A model generated the notes under the pieces. That model saw only the letters and a list, made by a program, of their open reading frames with translations. It was not told the origin of the DNA and did no database searches. A stretch of DNA of 64,000 nucleotides from an uncultured Candidatus Scalindua sp. (GTDB lineage: Bacteria; Planctomycetota; Brocadiia; Brocadiales; Scalinduaceae), in NCBI GenBank assembly GCA_964584595.1, contig CAZPAM010000006.1, positions 814-64,813 on the forward strand. Direction: 5' to 3'. Positions 1 to 10,678 of the stretch are shown here, in pieces (within the stretch, counting starts at the first letter, position 1; each line of letters opens with the position of its first letter). Both the position numbers and the translations under genes were made by a program.

Positions 1-933
1 GTTCGCGAGAATCATTTATCGGTAAAAGATCTCATTATGCCGCTGTTTGTGCGTCCCGGAAACGGTATTAAAAACGAAATATCTTCAATGCCCGGAAATT
101 ATCAGTTTTCCGTAGACACACTGGTAGAAGAGGTGAAAGAGCTTGCCTCTCTCGGCATCCCAGGCGTAATTTTATTCGGTATTCCCAGCACCAAAGATGA
201 ATTAGGCACAGAAGCATATGCGGATGATGGTATCATACAAAAGGCTGTCAGGGCTATTAAGGAAAACGTTTCTGATATACTGGTTATAACGGATGTCTGC
301 ATGTGTGAATACACCAATCACGGGCACTGCGGCTTCATTAAAAAGGATGAAAAGAGTGGTGAACATTTAATCGACAATGACGAGACACTTAAACTACTGA
401 CTAAAGAGGCCCTCTCACACGCAGAGGCCGGTGTTGATATGGTAGCCCCGAGTGACATGATGGATGGACGTGTAGGTGCGATCAGAGACATTCTTGATGA
501 CAACGGTTACGACAATGTTCCCATAATGTCTTATGCGGCCAAATATGCTTCGGCATACTATGGCCCATTCAGAGATGCGGCCGAATCTCCACCAAGTTTC
601 GGAGACAGGCGGACATATCAGATGGATACACCAAACTCGGAAGAAGCTATACGGGAAGTATCACTGGATATAGACGAGGGAGCAGATATTGTAATGGTAA
701 AACCCGCACTCCCGTATCTGGACATAATCAGGCTTATAAAAGATCAGTTCGGATATCCTGTGGCTGCTTATAACGTGAGTGGTGAATATTCCATGGTAAA
801 GGCCGCTCATGAAAAAGGATGGCTGGATGAGAAGGCTGTTGCTTTGGAAACATTGATGGGTATCAAAAGGGCAGGCGCAGACATCATACTCACTTACTGG
901 GCAAAAGACGCCGCACGCTGGCTATCGTCGTAA
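1..933 (+). CDS. hemB: Porphobilinogen synthase (ALA dehydratase), 5'-truncated by the window
   Basis: Frame open from base 1 ([14 protein letters not shown]); [14 protein letters not shown] Zn site, [36 protein letters not shown] motifs. Confidence 0.97.
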   Translation, partial: VRENHLSVKDLIMPLFVRPGNGIKNEISSMPGNYQFSVDTLVEEVKELASLGIPGVILFGIPSTKDELGTEAYADDGIIQKAVRAIKENVSDILVITDVCMCEYTNHGHCGFIKKDEKSGEHLIDNDETLKLLTKEALSHAEAGVDMVAPSDMMDGRVGAIRDILDDNGYDNVPIMSYAAKYASAYYGPFRDAAESPPSFGDRRTYQMDTPNSEEAIREVSLDIDEGADIVMVKPALPYLDIIRLIKDQFGYPVAAYNVSGEYSMVKAAHEKGWLDEKAVALETLMGIKRAGADIILTYWAKDAARWLSS

Positions 934-948
934 CAACTCTTTAAGGAT

Positions 949-2883
949 TTATTCATTAACTGTATCTTGTGATTCTATCACCAATGCTTCTTTTATGTGC
1001 TCAGATAATATCGAGAAGTCAATAGGTTTACCAACAATAAAATCTACTTCCATATTTTCATTTTTTAGCATATCTGCCCACCCGGTTATCAAACCTATCT
1101 TTGGCTTTCTATCAAGTGATTCAATTGCTTTAATCATATCCCAACCAGAGATTTCCGGCATACCTAAATCACAGAGAAGCAGGTCACAACTTTCCTTTTC
1201 TAACAGCTTAATGGCCTCAGCACCACTTTCAACACTTTCAACGTTATAACCCTGTCTATTCAAAAACATATACAGTATATCGCTTATCTCCTTCACATCA
1301 TCCACCACCAGGATTCGATAATTATTGGCCTTTACATTAATATTATTTACGGGTTCAAGTGATGCTTCTGCATGTTTCGTTTCTGTCGCAACAGGTAATC
1401 TAATTATAAAAATAGAACCCTTTCCAATCTGGCTTTCTATGTCTATATTGCCTCCATGCTTCCCTATAATGCCGTATACAACACTCATACCCAATCCGCT
1501 ACCTTCAACACCCTTGGTAGAATAAAATGGGTCAAATATCTTCATCTGGACATCCTTAGACATACCACTGCCGTTGTCGGAAATACTCGTACAGACAGTA
1601 TGATCTTCATTCCACGTTCTAAAGGAGATTCGGCCGCCTCCAGGCATTGCATCAAGGGAGTTATTTATCATGTTTGTTATTATTTCTCTTAACTCTGAAG
1701 GTTTTCCCAATACATCTGATACTGAATTCAGGCCTTCGATGTCAAGATTATAAGTCACGCCTCTGGCTTGGGCTAAATCTTTCCATTTGGGTTTTGAAAA
1801 ATCAACTGCCTGTTCTACTATTTCCAGCATATTAACTGACACAAACTTAGACGTACCCTTCTCCATCCTGGTAAATTCACTCATCCTACGCACAGTTTCT
1901 GTGCCGTCCTTTACAGCCCTACATATTGTACGAAGCCCATCCAATAATTCTTCATTACCATCACAGTTACTTTGCATTAACTGTGCATGACCCTGGATAA
2001 TCGCAAGCGCATTATTAAAGTCGTGAGCAATTCCAGCCACCATTACGCCCATAGCCTTTAATTTCTCAGACTGTAACATTCTTTTCTCAACCTGTTTATG
2101 CTTGGTGATGTCTATAATCATCCCATATAATATGTCCCCATCGAGAGTCCCACTTAGGATTACGTTTATGGGTTCCCCCGCCTTTGTAACTGTCTCCATC
2201 TCGAAGTTATTAACACTTCCAGTCTCCTTAAGTCTTTCCATCAAAACATTCCATTCTTTCTTACCTTTATCGCTCTGCAGCACATGATCCAACTTCATTT
2301 CTTCTGGTGATTCATATCCGAACATCCTTGACAATGATCTGTTTGCATAAAGAATGTCACCTTTGAAATTAGCCTTGTATACTCCGATAAAAGCGTTATC
2401 CACAAGGTGCCGATATTTTCTTTCTGATTCTTCCAGTGCATTGTTGGCTTGAGCTAATTTCTTCTCACTTTGCAACTCCTCAAATACCCATTTTATCACC
2501 GAAGGTAAAAGTTCAAAGAATTCACCCTCTTTCACTATATAGTCTTTGGCACCGGTCTTCATCATCTCTACTGCTACCTTCTCATCTCCATGCCCAGTCA
2601 TTATAATAAACGGAATTTCAATCTTTCGCTCCTTAAGGGTGCCGATAATCTGCTTTGCTGACATATCCGGCAACCTGTAATCCAACAGCATAAGATCGAC
2701 AGGGTTGTTAACAACTCTGCCAACTGCCTGCGCACCATTATGGGCAATCTCCACATCAAAACCTGTGCTCTTCAGGCTCTTCTTAATCAGGAGAGACAAG
2801 CCTTCATCATCTTCTACAATAAGAATAGAACAAGGCTTGTTTGACTCATCCTCTACACCACTGTTTTGATCTTTTTCTGACAT
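949..2883 (-). CDS. Hybrid histidine kinase (REC-PAS-HisKA-HATPase-REC)
   Basis: N-terminal ILIVEDD/LLDYRLP receiver, PAS, GIAHDFNN H-box, DNGSG, FDPFYSTK, GSGLG boxes, C-terminal receiver. Confidence 0.93.
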   Translation of the reverse strand: MSEKDQNSGVEDESNKPCSILIVEDDEGLSLLIKKSLKSTGFDVEIAHNGAQAVGRVVNNPVDLMLLDYRLPDMSAKQIIGTLKERKIEIPFIIMTGHGDEKVAVEMMKTGAKDYIVKEGEFFELLPSVIKWVFEELQSEKKLAQANNALEESERKYRHLVDNAFIGVYKANFKGDILYANRSLSRMFGYESPEEMKLDHVLQSDKGKKEWNVLMERLKETGSVNNFEMETVTKAGEPINVILSGTLDGDILYGMIIDITKHKQVEKRMLQSEKLKAMGVMVAGIAHDFNNALAIIQGHAQLMQSNCDGNEELLDGLRTICRAVKDGTETVRRMSEFTRMEKGTSKFVSVNMLEIVEQAVDFSKPKWKDLAQARGVTYNLDIEGLNSVSDVLGKPSELREIITNMINNSLDAMPGGGRISFRTWNEDHTVCTSISDNGSGMSKDVQMKIFDPFYSTKGVEGSGLGMSVVYGIIGKHGGNIDIESQIGKGSIFIIRLPVATETKHAEASLEPVNNINVKANNYRILVVDDVKEISDILYMFLNRQGYNVESVESGAEAIKLLEKESCDLLLCDLGMPEISGWDMIKAIESLDRKPKIGLITGWADMLKNENMEVDFIVGKPIDFSILSEHIKEALVIESQDTVNE

Positions 2884-2887
2884 TTAA

Positions 2888-3373
2888 CTATTTTATAATA
2901 TTTAATACTGGCACTTTTACCACTTGAAGAAAGAGACCCAACTTCCTGACAGCATCAACAAACCTTTCGTACTCTACAGGTTTAGTAACGTAAATACTAC
3001 ATCCAAGCGCATGACAGTTATTAACCTCCCGCGGATCGTCCGTGGTAGTAACCATGATAACAGGCATTTTAGATAGCTCAGGATCTTCCCTAATCTGCCG
3101 CAGGACTTCAAGCCCGTCGACCTTTGGCATTCGTATATCCAGAAGTAAAAGATAGGATTTACCTGATATCCGGTGAGGCCCTTCGCCCTTCAGTAATAAG
3201 AAGTCCAGGACTTCCTGTCCATCCTTGAAACGCAGAAAATCATTCTTGAAGCCCGCACGCTTCAAATTCTTTATAATCAGCGCAGCGTGCCCTTCATCAT
3301 CTTCTGCAATAAGAATCGAACACGGTTCGTTTAATCCAGCTTCTACACCATTGTTTTGATCTTTTTCTGACAT
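2888..3373 (-). CDS. Single-domain response regulator (Rcp1-like), tandem copy 3
   Basis: ILIAEDD, LLLDIRMPKVDG, VTTTDD, YVTKPV. Confidence 0.93.
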   Translation of the reverse strand: MSEKDQNNGVEAGLNEPCSILIAEDDEGHAALIIKNLKRAGFKNDFLRFKDGQEVLDFLLLKGEGPHRISGKSYLLLLDIRMPKVDGLEVLRQIREDPELSKMPVIMVTTTDDPREVNNCHALGCSIYVTKPVEYERFVDAVRKLGLFLQVVKVPVLNIIK

Positions 3374-3859
3374 TTAGCTTTTTATTCCATCTATCATGGG
3401 TACTCTTATTACTGTAAGGAAGAGCCCCAATTTCTTAATAGCTTCAGTGAATTTTTCGTAATCGACAGGCTTTGTAACGTAAACACTACATCCCAGTTTG
3501 TGACAGTGATTAACTTCCAGCGGATCATCTGTGGTAGTAACCATGATCACCGGCATTTTAGATAGTTCAGGATCTTCCCTAATCTGACCCAGGACTTCAA
3601 TCCCATCTACCTTAGGCATTCGTATATCCAGCAGCAAAAGATAAGATTCACCTGATACCCTGTGAGGCCCTTCACCTTTCATAAATAAGAAGTCCAGGAC
3701 TTCCTGTCCATCCTTGAAATGAAGTATATCATTCTTGAACCCTGCACGCTTCAAGTTCTTTATTATAAGCGCAGCGTGCCCTTCATTATCTTCTGCAATA
3801 AGAATCGAACAAGGTTTGTTTGACCCAACCTCTACATCATTATTTTGATCTTTTTCCAT
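3374..3859 (-). CDS. Single-domain response regulator (Rcp1-like), tandem copy 2
   Basis: Same receiver motifs; ATG 3859 (MEKDQNND) preferred because it matches the paralog N-termini and avoids overlap. Confidence 0.92.
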   Translation of the reverse strand: MEKDQNNDVEVGSNKPCSILIAEDNEGHAALIIKNLKRAGFKNDILHFKDGQEVLDFLFMKGEGPHRVSGESYLLLLDIRMPKVDGIEVLGQIREDPELSKMPVIMVTTTDDPLEVNHCHKLGCSVYVTKPVDYEKFTEAIKKLGLFLTVIRVPMIDGIKS

Positions 3860-3866
3860 TAATTGA

Positions 3867-4346
3867 CTATTGTATCCCATCTAACGCAGGCACTTTCACT
3901 ACTTTAAGAAATAATCCCAATTTCTTAACAGCATCAGTAAATTGTTCGTAATCGACAGGCTTAGTAATGTAAACATTACAGCCCAGGTTATGGCAATTTT
4001 CAATTTCCCGTGGGTCGTCTGTAGTAGTAACCATGATCACAGGCAACTTAGACAGTTCTGAATCCTCCTTGATCCGACGCAGGACCTCAACCCCATCAAC
4101 CTTAGGCATTCGTATATCCAGCAATAATAGATAAGATTTACCTGATACCCGGTGAGGGCCTTCGCCATTGAAAAATAAGAAGTCCAGGACTTCCTGCCCA
4201 TCTTTGAAATGTATAAAATTGTTCCTGAAACCTGCTCGCTTCAAGTTCTTTATAATAAGTGATGCATGTCCTTCATCATCTTCTGCGATGATTATATTTA
4301 GTTCTTGTTGATAATCTTTTCTTCTCTCTTCATTTATTTCTGCCAT
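3867..4346 (-). CDS. Single-domain response regulator (Rcp1-like), tandem copy 1
   Basis: IIIAEDD, LLLDIRMPKVDG, YITKPV; ATG 4346 preceded by G-rich SD (GTG 4361 is the alternative). Confidence 0.92.
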   Translation of the reverse strand: MAEINEERRKDYQQELNIIIAEDDEGHASLIIKNLKRAGFRNNFIHFKDGQEVLDFLFFNGEGPHRVSGKSYLLLLDIRMPKVDGVEVLRRIKEDSELSKLPVIMVTTTDDPREIENCHNLGCNVYITKPVDYEQFTDAVKKLGLFLKVVKVPALDGIQ

Positions 4347-4466
4347 TTGTGCCCCCACCACTTATCACTACTATAGAATCATTAATTAGTTTTATAATAT
4401 ACAAATTGCTATAACCATATTCAAGACTAATGATATTTTAGGTAGTCATAATCTCTCATCTTCTGT

Positions 4467-6413
4467 CTATCCAGGTAACGACACAAAAAACTTGCTCCCC
4501 TTTCCCTGTTCAGATTCTACCCATACATTCCCACCGTGACGGTCAAGTATCTTGCGAACAATGGTAAGACCCAATCCATCCCCAACCACGCTATCACTGG
4601 GGTCAAGGCGGTGAAATATCTCAAAAACCTTATTCTGATGATTCTTTGCTATGCCTATTCCATTGTCTTCCAGGCAATATACAATATGTCCGTTTTCACT
4701 TTTCCCTGAAACAGTGATTATACCTTCTCTCTCACTATCAAGGTATTTCAGGGCGTTGTCTAAAAGATTAGAAAAGACCTGATCAATCTGTGCCTCATCA
4801 CCACTGCACGATGGCAATTCTTCAATCTGACATTTTACATTCGCATTCTTTATTTTATATTCTTGTGTCACTAGAGCGTTGGATATGAGTTTGTTCATAT
4901 CCAGTTGTTTGATGTCAAGTCTCACACGACCCATACGTGAAATGCGCAAAAGCCCCGAAAGCAATGTGTCCATCTTGGCTGAGCTTGCAAGGATAAATTT
5001 GAGTGCATCAGGAATATCTTCTTCAAGAGTTTCGGTAAGCTTTTCTTTTAGATCAGAAGATGTACTGTTCTCATTTAGCTTTTGGCGTACCTTATCTATA
5101 TCTTTCACTAATTCTCTGCTGAAACCCTGTATATTTAACAGCGGAGACCGCAAGTCGTGTGAAGTCACATATATAATCTGCTCCATCTCCTTATTCTTAT
5201 ACATCAGCTCATCAAGCATGCGTTTTATCTCTTGTGTTTTCTCTTCAACCTTTTCCTCCAGATTATGTGCATAATCCTCAATCTGTTTCTTTGATTCTTC
5301 CAGTTGAGAAGTCATATCATTAAAAGAAGTGGCAAGCAAACCGATCTCATCCATTGACCTTGTTGGTATTTTAAAACCAAGATCCCCGCTTGCTATCTTC
5401 CTTGTTCCTTCTACCAGTTTTTGAATCGGCCTTGTTACTCTTTTAGATAGAAGGATTGCAATCGTTATAACGACTATAGCGCTTACGCATCCCATGATCA
5501 TAGTAAAAACTCTTAAACGCGCAATTGGAGCAAAGACCTCTTTTTTATCTATTTTTGTCACCAGTCCCCAATCCATATCAGATATATATTGATAAGCGGC
5601 CACGACATCGATATTCCTGTAATCAGGAGCTATAATTGCTCCGCTATTTCCTTTCAGCGCTAATCTCATAGGCTCTGCTCCGGAAGAATCCAAAGGCACG
5701 GATCTGCTAAGCGGCATGTCGGAAGCATACTTCAGAGTTGTTAAGAATACGACACTATCCCCTCTCCTCACACCTAACAAAGCCTCTCCAGTCTCCCCCA
5801 TCCCGGCTCGCTTGGTCGTAATCTCATCCAGGATAGCAATGTCGTAGGCATTGATAATAACACCAATTGTCTCATTCTTCTGTCTGCTGGTAAGAGGTGA
5901 GGAAATGAATATGCAGTTTTCATTAAGATAAGGAATATTATAAGACTTACCGGTATACGTCTCTCCGTAGTTTTTGCTTACGCAACTCATAAATATATTC
6001 TCTTTAGACATATCCTTTCCAGCCCACAAATCATTGGTGGAGGCTACAACAATACCGTCAATATCCAAAACGGCTATTGCCGTTATATGAGAGTCTAAGG
6101 TTTTTTTGTTCGCCTTGAGATGTTTATTCAGGTCAGAGACAAGATAGCTCTGTATCCCTCTGCTGGAGATTATCTCCAAACTGTCTCTTATAAAACCATC
6201 AGAACTGAAATCAACAACTCGTCCCCTTTTCCCATCCAGAAAGGACAATGTATGAATTTTTTTTGATTCTGCAACAGCCGTCAGCCAGTCCAGTGTCTGC
6301 CGCTCAATTGTACTCCTGGCGTTGAAGTAGTATAGCGTTGTGATTATGGAAATTGGTATCAGTGAAATGCTGAGTGCAAATATGAGTAATTTGGACTTTA
6401 TTGACATGGGCAA
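4467..6413 (-). CDS. Membrane sensor histidine kinase (TM-Cache-TM-HAMP-HisKA-HATPase)
   Basis: Two TM segments, GMGETGE and DYRxxxV Cache-type motifs, DEIGLLATSFN HAMP, SHDLRSPL H-box, DNGIGI, GLGL. Confidence 0.93.
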   Translation of the reverse strand: MPMSIKSKLLIFALSISLIPISIITTLYYFNARSTIERQTLDWLTAVAESKKIHTLSFLDGKRGRVVDFSSDGFIRDSLEIISSRGIQSYLVSDLNKHLKANKKTLDSHITAIAVLDIDGIVVASTNDLWAGKDMSKENIFMSCVSKNYGETYTGKSYNIPYLNENCIFISSPLTSRQKNETIGVIINAYDIAILDEITTKRAGMGETGEALLGVRRGDSVVFLTTLKYASDMPLSRSVPLDSSGAEPMRLALKGNSGAIIAPDYRNIDVVAAYQYISDMDWGLVTKIDKKEVFAPIARLRVFTMIMGCVSAIVVITIAILLSKRVTRPIQKLVEGTRKIASGDLGFKIPTRSMDEIGLLATSFNDMTSQLEESKKQIEDYAHNLEEKVEEKTQEIKRMLDELMYKNKEMEQIIYVTSHDLRSPLLNIQGFSRELVKDIDKVRQKLNENSTSSDLKEKLTETLEEDIPDALKFILASSAKMDTLLSGLLRISRMGRVRLDIKQLDMNKLISNALVTQEYKIKNANVKCQIEELPSCSGDEAQIDQVFSNLLDNALKYLDSEREGIITVSGKSENGHIVYCLEDNGIGIAKNHQNKVFEIFHRLDPSDSVVGDGLGLTIVRKILDRHGGNVWVESEQGKGSKFFVSLPG

Positions 6414-6563
6414 AGACTACTTTGTTAAAGTTTATGCCGATTCATATCAACCCCGAACCGTGATAATTGCCTTTAGAGTCTGCAACAAAATATAATAAAT
6501 TATAAAAATCTATCAAGTACAAATCCAGACGCATTAATTACCCTTCAAGCCTCTAACTATTAA

Positions 6564-7001
6564 TTAATCCTGTCCGGGCAACGTACTTGACATAAACCAA
6601 TTACTCATTAACAACTCCATCTTCTCAATAAATTCATCATAAGAGGCCGGCTTTGTAACATAGTCGTCAGCACCGTTTCTATACGCTTCTGAAATAGTTT
6701 CTTGATCGGAGTTTGTTGATAAAATAACTACTTTGATCGAATGATACTCTGGATTTCCCTTTAGAAATTTGAGAATATCCATCCCATTAACTTTTGGCAA
6801 ATTAAGGTCTAATATAACTAAACCAATTTGAGTGTGTTTTACATTGCCAGACGAACCTGTGTGCTGAAAGTAATCTACGGCATCCTGTCCATCTTTCATC
6901 AGGATGACATCATTTTCAACGTCTTCTATATCGAATGTGTCAAGAATTAACTCCGCATGATCCGGATCATCTTCAATTAATAGTATCTTTTTTGCACTCA
7001 A
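6564..7001 (-). CDS. Single-domain response regulator
   Basis: ILLIEDD, ILDLNLPKVNG, YVTKP; TTG start after AAGGA. Confidence 0.9.
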   Translation of the reverse strand: MSAKKILLIEDDPDHAELILDTFDIEDVENDVILMKDGQDAVDYFQHTGSSGNVKHTQIGLVILDLNLPKVNGMDILKFLKGNPEYHSIKVVILSTNSDQETISEAYRNGADDYVTKPASYDEFIEKMELLMSNWFMSSTLPGQD

Positions 7002-7040
7002 CGATATATTCCTTATAACAATCAGTTTAAACTCTGTGAA

Positions 7041-9818
7041 CTAACAGGCATTTTCTAGTCTCCCCTTAGTAGGTGAGACAACCCCGTTATCAATTTCAAT
7101 GCTTGTTTCAGGCAAGACTCCTAAAGGCAAGTCAACATCGCTCTGCATATCGTCTTTGTCAGAAACTTTCATCTCTAATGGTATTGTAAAACAAAACCTT
7201 GAACCCCTGCCATCCTTAAGTGGACTTTCAACCCAGAGCTTACCACCATGCGACTCAACAATCTTTCTAACTATTGCCAATCCAACACCTGTGCCTTCCG
7301 CCTCCACATCATGAAGACGTCTGAATATCTCAAATATCTGACCCTGGTGCTCCTTTCGAATACCAATACCCGAGTCTTCAACAAAGAATTTACAGCAGTC
7401 ATCATGCTTATGACAACCAATCCTGATCACCCCGTGATCACCATTACTTTGCTCTTTAGTCAAAGGATTGCGAGGAGTTTCAGTCTGCTTACCATCACCC
7501 ATAAATTTGATTGCATTTGTAATCAAATTTGAAAATATATCCTTCATCCTTTTTTCATCACAAATTACAGCAGGTAGATTATGCTCGATCGAAACATTAA
7601 TCTTGCTTGCTTTTATTCTGTCTTCCAATGAACTCACTATCTCTTTGACAATTGTATCGGTATCATTTTCTCTAAAATTGTATGCAATCCTCCCCGCCCT
7701 TAACACTTCCATAATCTCTTGTATCTTCTGAGACATCCTCTTTACATTTGACCTGATCCTGCCTATATAATGTTTTTCTTTGTCCTCATAAATGTCTTTA
7801 TAAGCCTTGTATAACTTTGACGTATAACCTTCAATTGCAAATAGTGGTTCTTTTAGATCGTGCGATACAATATACACAAATTCTTCCAGTTCTTTGTTTA
7901 TCTTTGCTAACATATCCGCCTTTTCAGCCAACTCTGTTTTTGCCTCTTTTTGAAAGGTTATATCCCTGATGATCATCGTAAAAGTGTATCGGCCTTCATC
8001 AATTTCCTGGGATGACATAGATATTTCTAACGGGATGACACACCCTTCTTTTGTTCTTCCACAAACTTCCAATACCCTGCTAATCCTTAGGATCATACTC
8101 ATCTCTAAGAATCTATCTAAAATTTCTTCAGTAATAATTTTTTTTATAGAACGGCCTATAATTTCATTCTTCTTATACCCAAAGACCTTATATGCTGCCT
8201 GATTCCAGATGTTAACTACTCCATTTCCATCAATACTGACAATAGCATCTTGTGCCGTCTCTATCAGGTTTTCCGTATACACTTTTCCTCTGCTTATCTC
8301 TTCTTCAGCATTCTTCCATTCTGTTATATCCTTTGTCTGATGCACTGCACCACAAAACTTACCTTTCTCATCAAGAATTGGGTACGTAGAGACAATGAAA
8401 GATCCACCCATGCCAGGATCACTTACTTCTACGTGCTCCGGTTTCAAACTCTCTGCAGTCTTTGTGAGTGGACAGGTAGGCCAGGGTTCACTGGTACCAT
8501 GAAAGATCTCATAGCATTTTCTGTCTGACAACTTCTCAACGCTAATATTAAACCTTTCATAAAATGCCTTATTTGCCCTGACAATTCTATAATCTTTATC
8601 GTGAATAGTAATTATGTCTGTAATAACATCAAAGGTCTTATTCCATTCATCCTTGCCTTTTTCTTCTATCTCCGATAAAAGCCGGGCGTTTTTCTCGTTT
8701 GATATCCTGAGTTTGTCCATCATAATATTAAATGATTCACCCAGGACTTCGACTTCGCCTTTCCTCTTACCTGTTATAATAGGATGTGCCACGTCACCAT
8801 CCGCAATTCTCTTAGTCCCTGCTATCAGCTTCATAATAGGCCTTGCTATCTCTGCAGAGACAAAGATTGCTATTACGATAATAATTATAATACTTGTAAT
8901 TCCAATAATAATGGCAAGGTTCCTAATTCGTACAAGTGGAATAAATGCCTCAGAAACATCTTTTTCTGCCAATACAACCCAATCCATATCCTCAATGTAC
9001 CGGGATACCCCCAATATCTGAATCCCTCTGTAGTCAGGATATACGCCTACCATTCCTCTATCATTTCCGAAGCCAGCTCTAACACCCTCTGTGTTAACGA
9101 CCTGCTTAAGGATTGCACCCTCTATAAACCTCGATTCCGTAATCATCAGCTTTTCACTGTTTACAATATACACCTCACCCGTCTCTCCCATTCCCTCCAA
9201 CTGTCTTCCCTTTTCTAATCCTCCTGATATCCCGCTGCGAGTCACCCCTGTGAGCTCATCACCTCTGTACCTGTTAACAATTATGCCTATTGCCCTCATC
9301 CCCTCTTTAGCAGTAAGTAATCCTGCTACCTCAAATGTGTTCTGCCAATATTCAGGTGAATAATGCAGGCTACTTATAGATGTTCGTTTTTCCCTTGAGA
9401 AAAATGCTTCGCCTGAGACATCCCGTCCAACATGACTTGTTTCTGTTGAGCTTATAACTTTACCATCCAGATCGGCAATAAATATCTCTAATATGTTCTC
9501 TTCATCTACCTGCATTTTATTATTAAGTAGATGTCCGTTCAGCCTGAAAGCAGATAAACTGGTATTAATTCCATGAACTATATTCTCAGTACAAATTTTA
9601 ATAAAACCGTCAGAACTGAAATCAACGATTCTGTTCTTCTTTGCCTCCAGGAATAGATTAACATGTTCACGCAATTCATCAGCAGCCATCTCCAATTGAT
9701 CAAATATATTTTGTTCAATTGTTTGCCGAATGTGATAATAACAGAACGTCGCCGCAATGCTTGCTATTAATATAGAAGGAACCAGAAACCAGAATAATAT
9801 TTTTCTTCTTATAGTCAT
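7041..9818 (-). CDS. Membrane sensor histidine kinase (Cache-HAMP-PAS-PAS-HisKA-HATPase)
   Basis: TM, GMGETGEVY, HAMP, PAS with CYEIFHG...CP motif, SHDLKEPL, DSGIGI, GTGVGL. Confidence 0.93.
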   Translation of the reverse strand: MTIRRKILFWFLVPSILIASIAATFCYYHIRQTIEQNIFDQLEMAADELREHVNLFLEAKKNRIVDFSSDGFIKICTENIVHGINTSLSAFRLNGHLLNNKMQVDEENILEIFIADLDGKVISSTETSHVGRDVSGEAFFSREKRTSISSLHYSPEYWQNTFEVAGLLTAKEGMRAIGIIVNRYRGDELTGVTRSGISGGLEKGRQLEGMGETGEVYIVNSEKLMITESRFIEGAILKQVVNTEGVRAGFGNDRGMVGVYPDYRGIQILGVSRYIEDMDWVVLAEKDVSEAFIPLVRIRNLAIIIGITSIIIIIVIAIFVSAEIARPIMKLIAGTKRIADGDVAHPIITGKRKGEVEVLGESFNIMMDKLRISNEKNARLLSEIEEKGKDEWNKTFDVITDIITIHDKDYRIVRANKAFYERFNISVEKLSDRKCYEIFHGTSEPWPTCPLTKTAESLKPEHVEVSDPGMGGSFIVSTYPILDEKGKFCGAVHQTKDITEWKNAEEEISRGKVYTENLIETAQDAIVSIDGNGVVNIWNQAAYKVFGYKKNEIIGRSIKKIITEEILDRFLEMSMILRISRVLEVCGRTKEGCVIPLEISMSSQEIDEGRYTFTMIIRDITFQKEAKTELAEKADMLAKINKELEEFVYIVSHDLKEPLFAIEGYTSKLYKAYKDIYEDKEKHYIGRIRSNVKRMSQKIQEIMEVLRAGRIAYNFRENDTDTIVKEIVSSLEDRIKASKINVSIEHNLPAVICDEKRMKDIFSNLITNAIKFMGDGKQTETPRNPLTKEQSNGDHGVIRIGCHKHDDCCKFFVEDSGIGIRKEHQGQIFEIFRRLHDVEAEGTGVGLAIVRKIVESHGGKLWVESPLKDGRGSRFCFTIPLEMKVSDKDDMQSDVDLPLGVLPETSIEIDNGVVSPTKGRLENAC

Positions 9819-9897
9819 TTTTTAATATTTAATGGAACAGGTGTGTTTGCCTTACTAATTCTTACTATGGGAAAGTGCTTTAAGCCTTCCCACTTAC

Positions 9898-9966
9898 AAA
9901 AAAAAAGCCAAATCTCCCCAAAGCCACCTTCATGAAAAGAAGGGGGAGGAGAAGTGAGATTCGGCC
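9898..9966 (-). terminator. Intrinsic terminator or attenuator hairpin upstream of the kinase gene
   Basis: Minus strand GCCGAATCTC...GAGATTTGGC stem followed by nine T. Confidence 0.65.
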
Positions 9967-10105
9967 AATAATTACTTTTTAGATTCCATATCTACCACTT
10001 TAATAAGCCTGCCCTCGCCCGTCCAATAGACAGGGGCAGACAGTGAGGATTAATGGAATTTTGATTAGAAACTATTCAGTCTGGTCAAAATTAACTAACC
10101 GGTAT

Positions 10106-10591
10106 TTATTCTTTCGATAACTGCTCAACTGCCGCCAGCTCTTCAGATGATAGTACCAGTGCAATGTCAAGTAGTATAACTATTCTTTCCTTCGTCTTGC
10201 CCAGGCCCAATATGAAATTCGTATCGATGTCTTGTCCCAGGTGCGGTGCATCTTCAATCTCTCCGCTCTTGATATTTGATACTTCTGATACGCTGTCAAC
10301 AATGATCCCTATTGATGTTTGACTAACTTCTACGACGATTATGCAGGTTTCCTGAGTATGCTCTATCTCCGGCATTGTAAACTTTAGCCGCAAATCAACT
10401 ATGGGTATAACCTTTCCCCTCAGATTAATTACGCCTTTCAGGTAATCCGGGGTTCGTGGTACGGTTGTAATGTCCATAAGCTTGATGATTTCTCTAACCT
10501 TGAGTATCTCGATGCCGTATACTTCACTGCCTAAAATAAATGTAAGGAATTTTCCTTCTGTGGTTCCTTTTTTATCTATTATTGCATTCAT
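10106..10591 (-). CDS. cheW: Chemotaxis coupling protein CheW
   Basis: FLTFxLGxExYGIEILKVREI, GVINLRGKVIPIVDLR, GIIVDSVSEV. Confidence 0.95.
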   Translation of the reverse strand: MNAIIDKKGTTEGKFLTFILGSEVYGIEILKVREIIKLMDITTVPRTPDYLKGVINLRGKVIPIVDLRLKFTMPEIEHTQETCIIVVEVSQTSIGIIVDSVSEVSNIKSGEIEDAPHLGQDIDTNFILGLGKTKERIVILLDIALVLSSEELAAVEQLSKE

Positions 10592-10678
10592 ATGTTTCCA
10601 CCTTTCTATAATTTAAAATTCACTTTCTATTTGTTAACATCTTGAGATTGATTTCAGCTGCCTTGCCATATAGTTTTC

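Noticed and set aside
9898-10062. Known c-di-GMP or c-di-AMP riboswitch
   Set aside because: Diagnostic consensus segments not found by eye; kept only as an unknown structured leader
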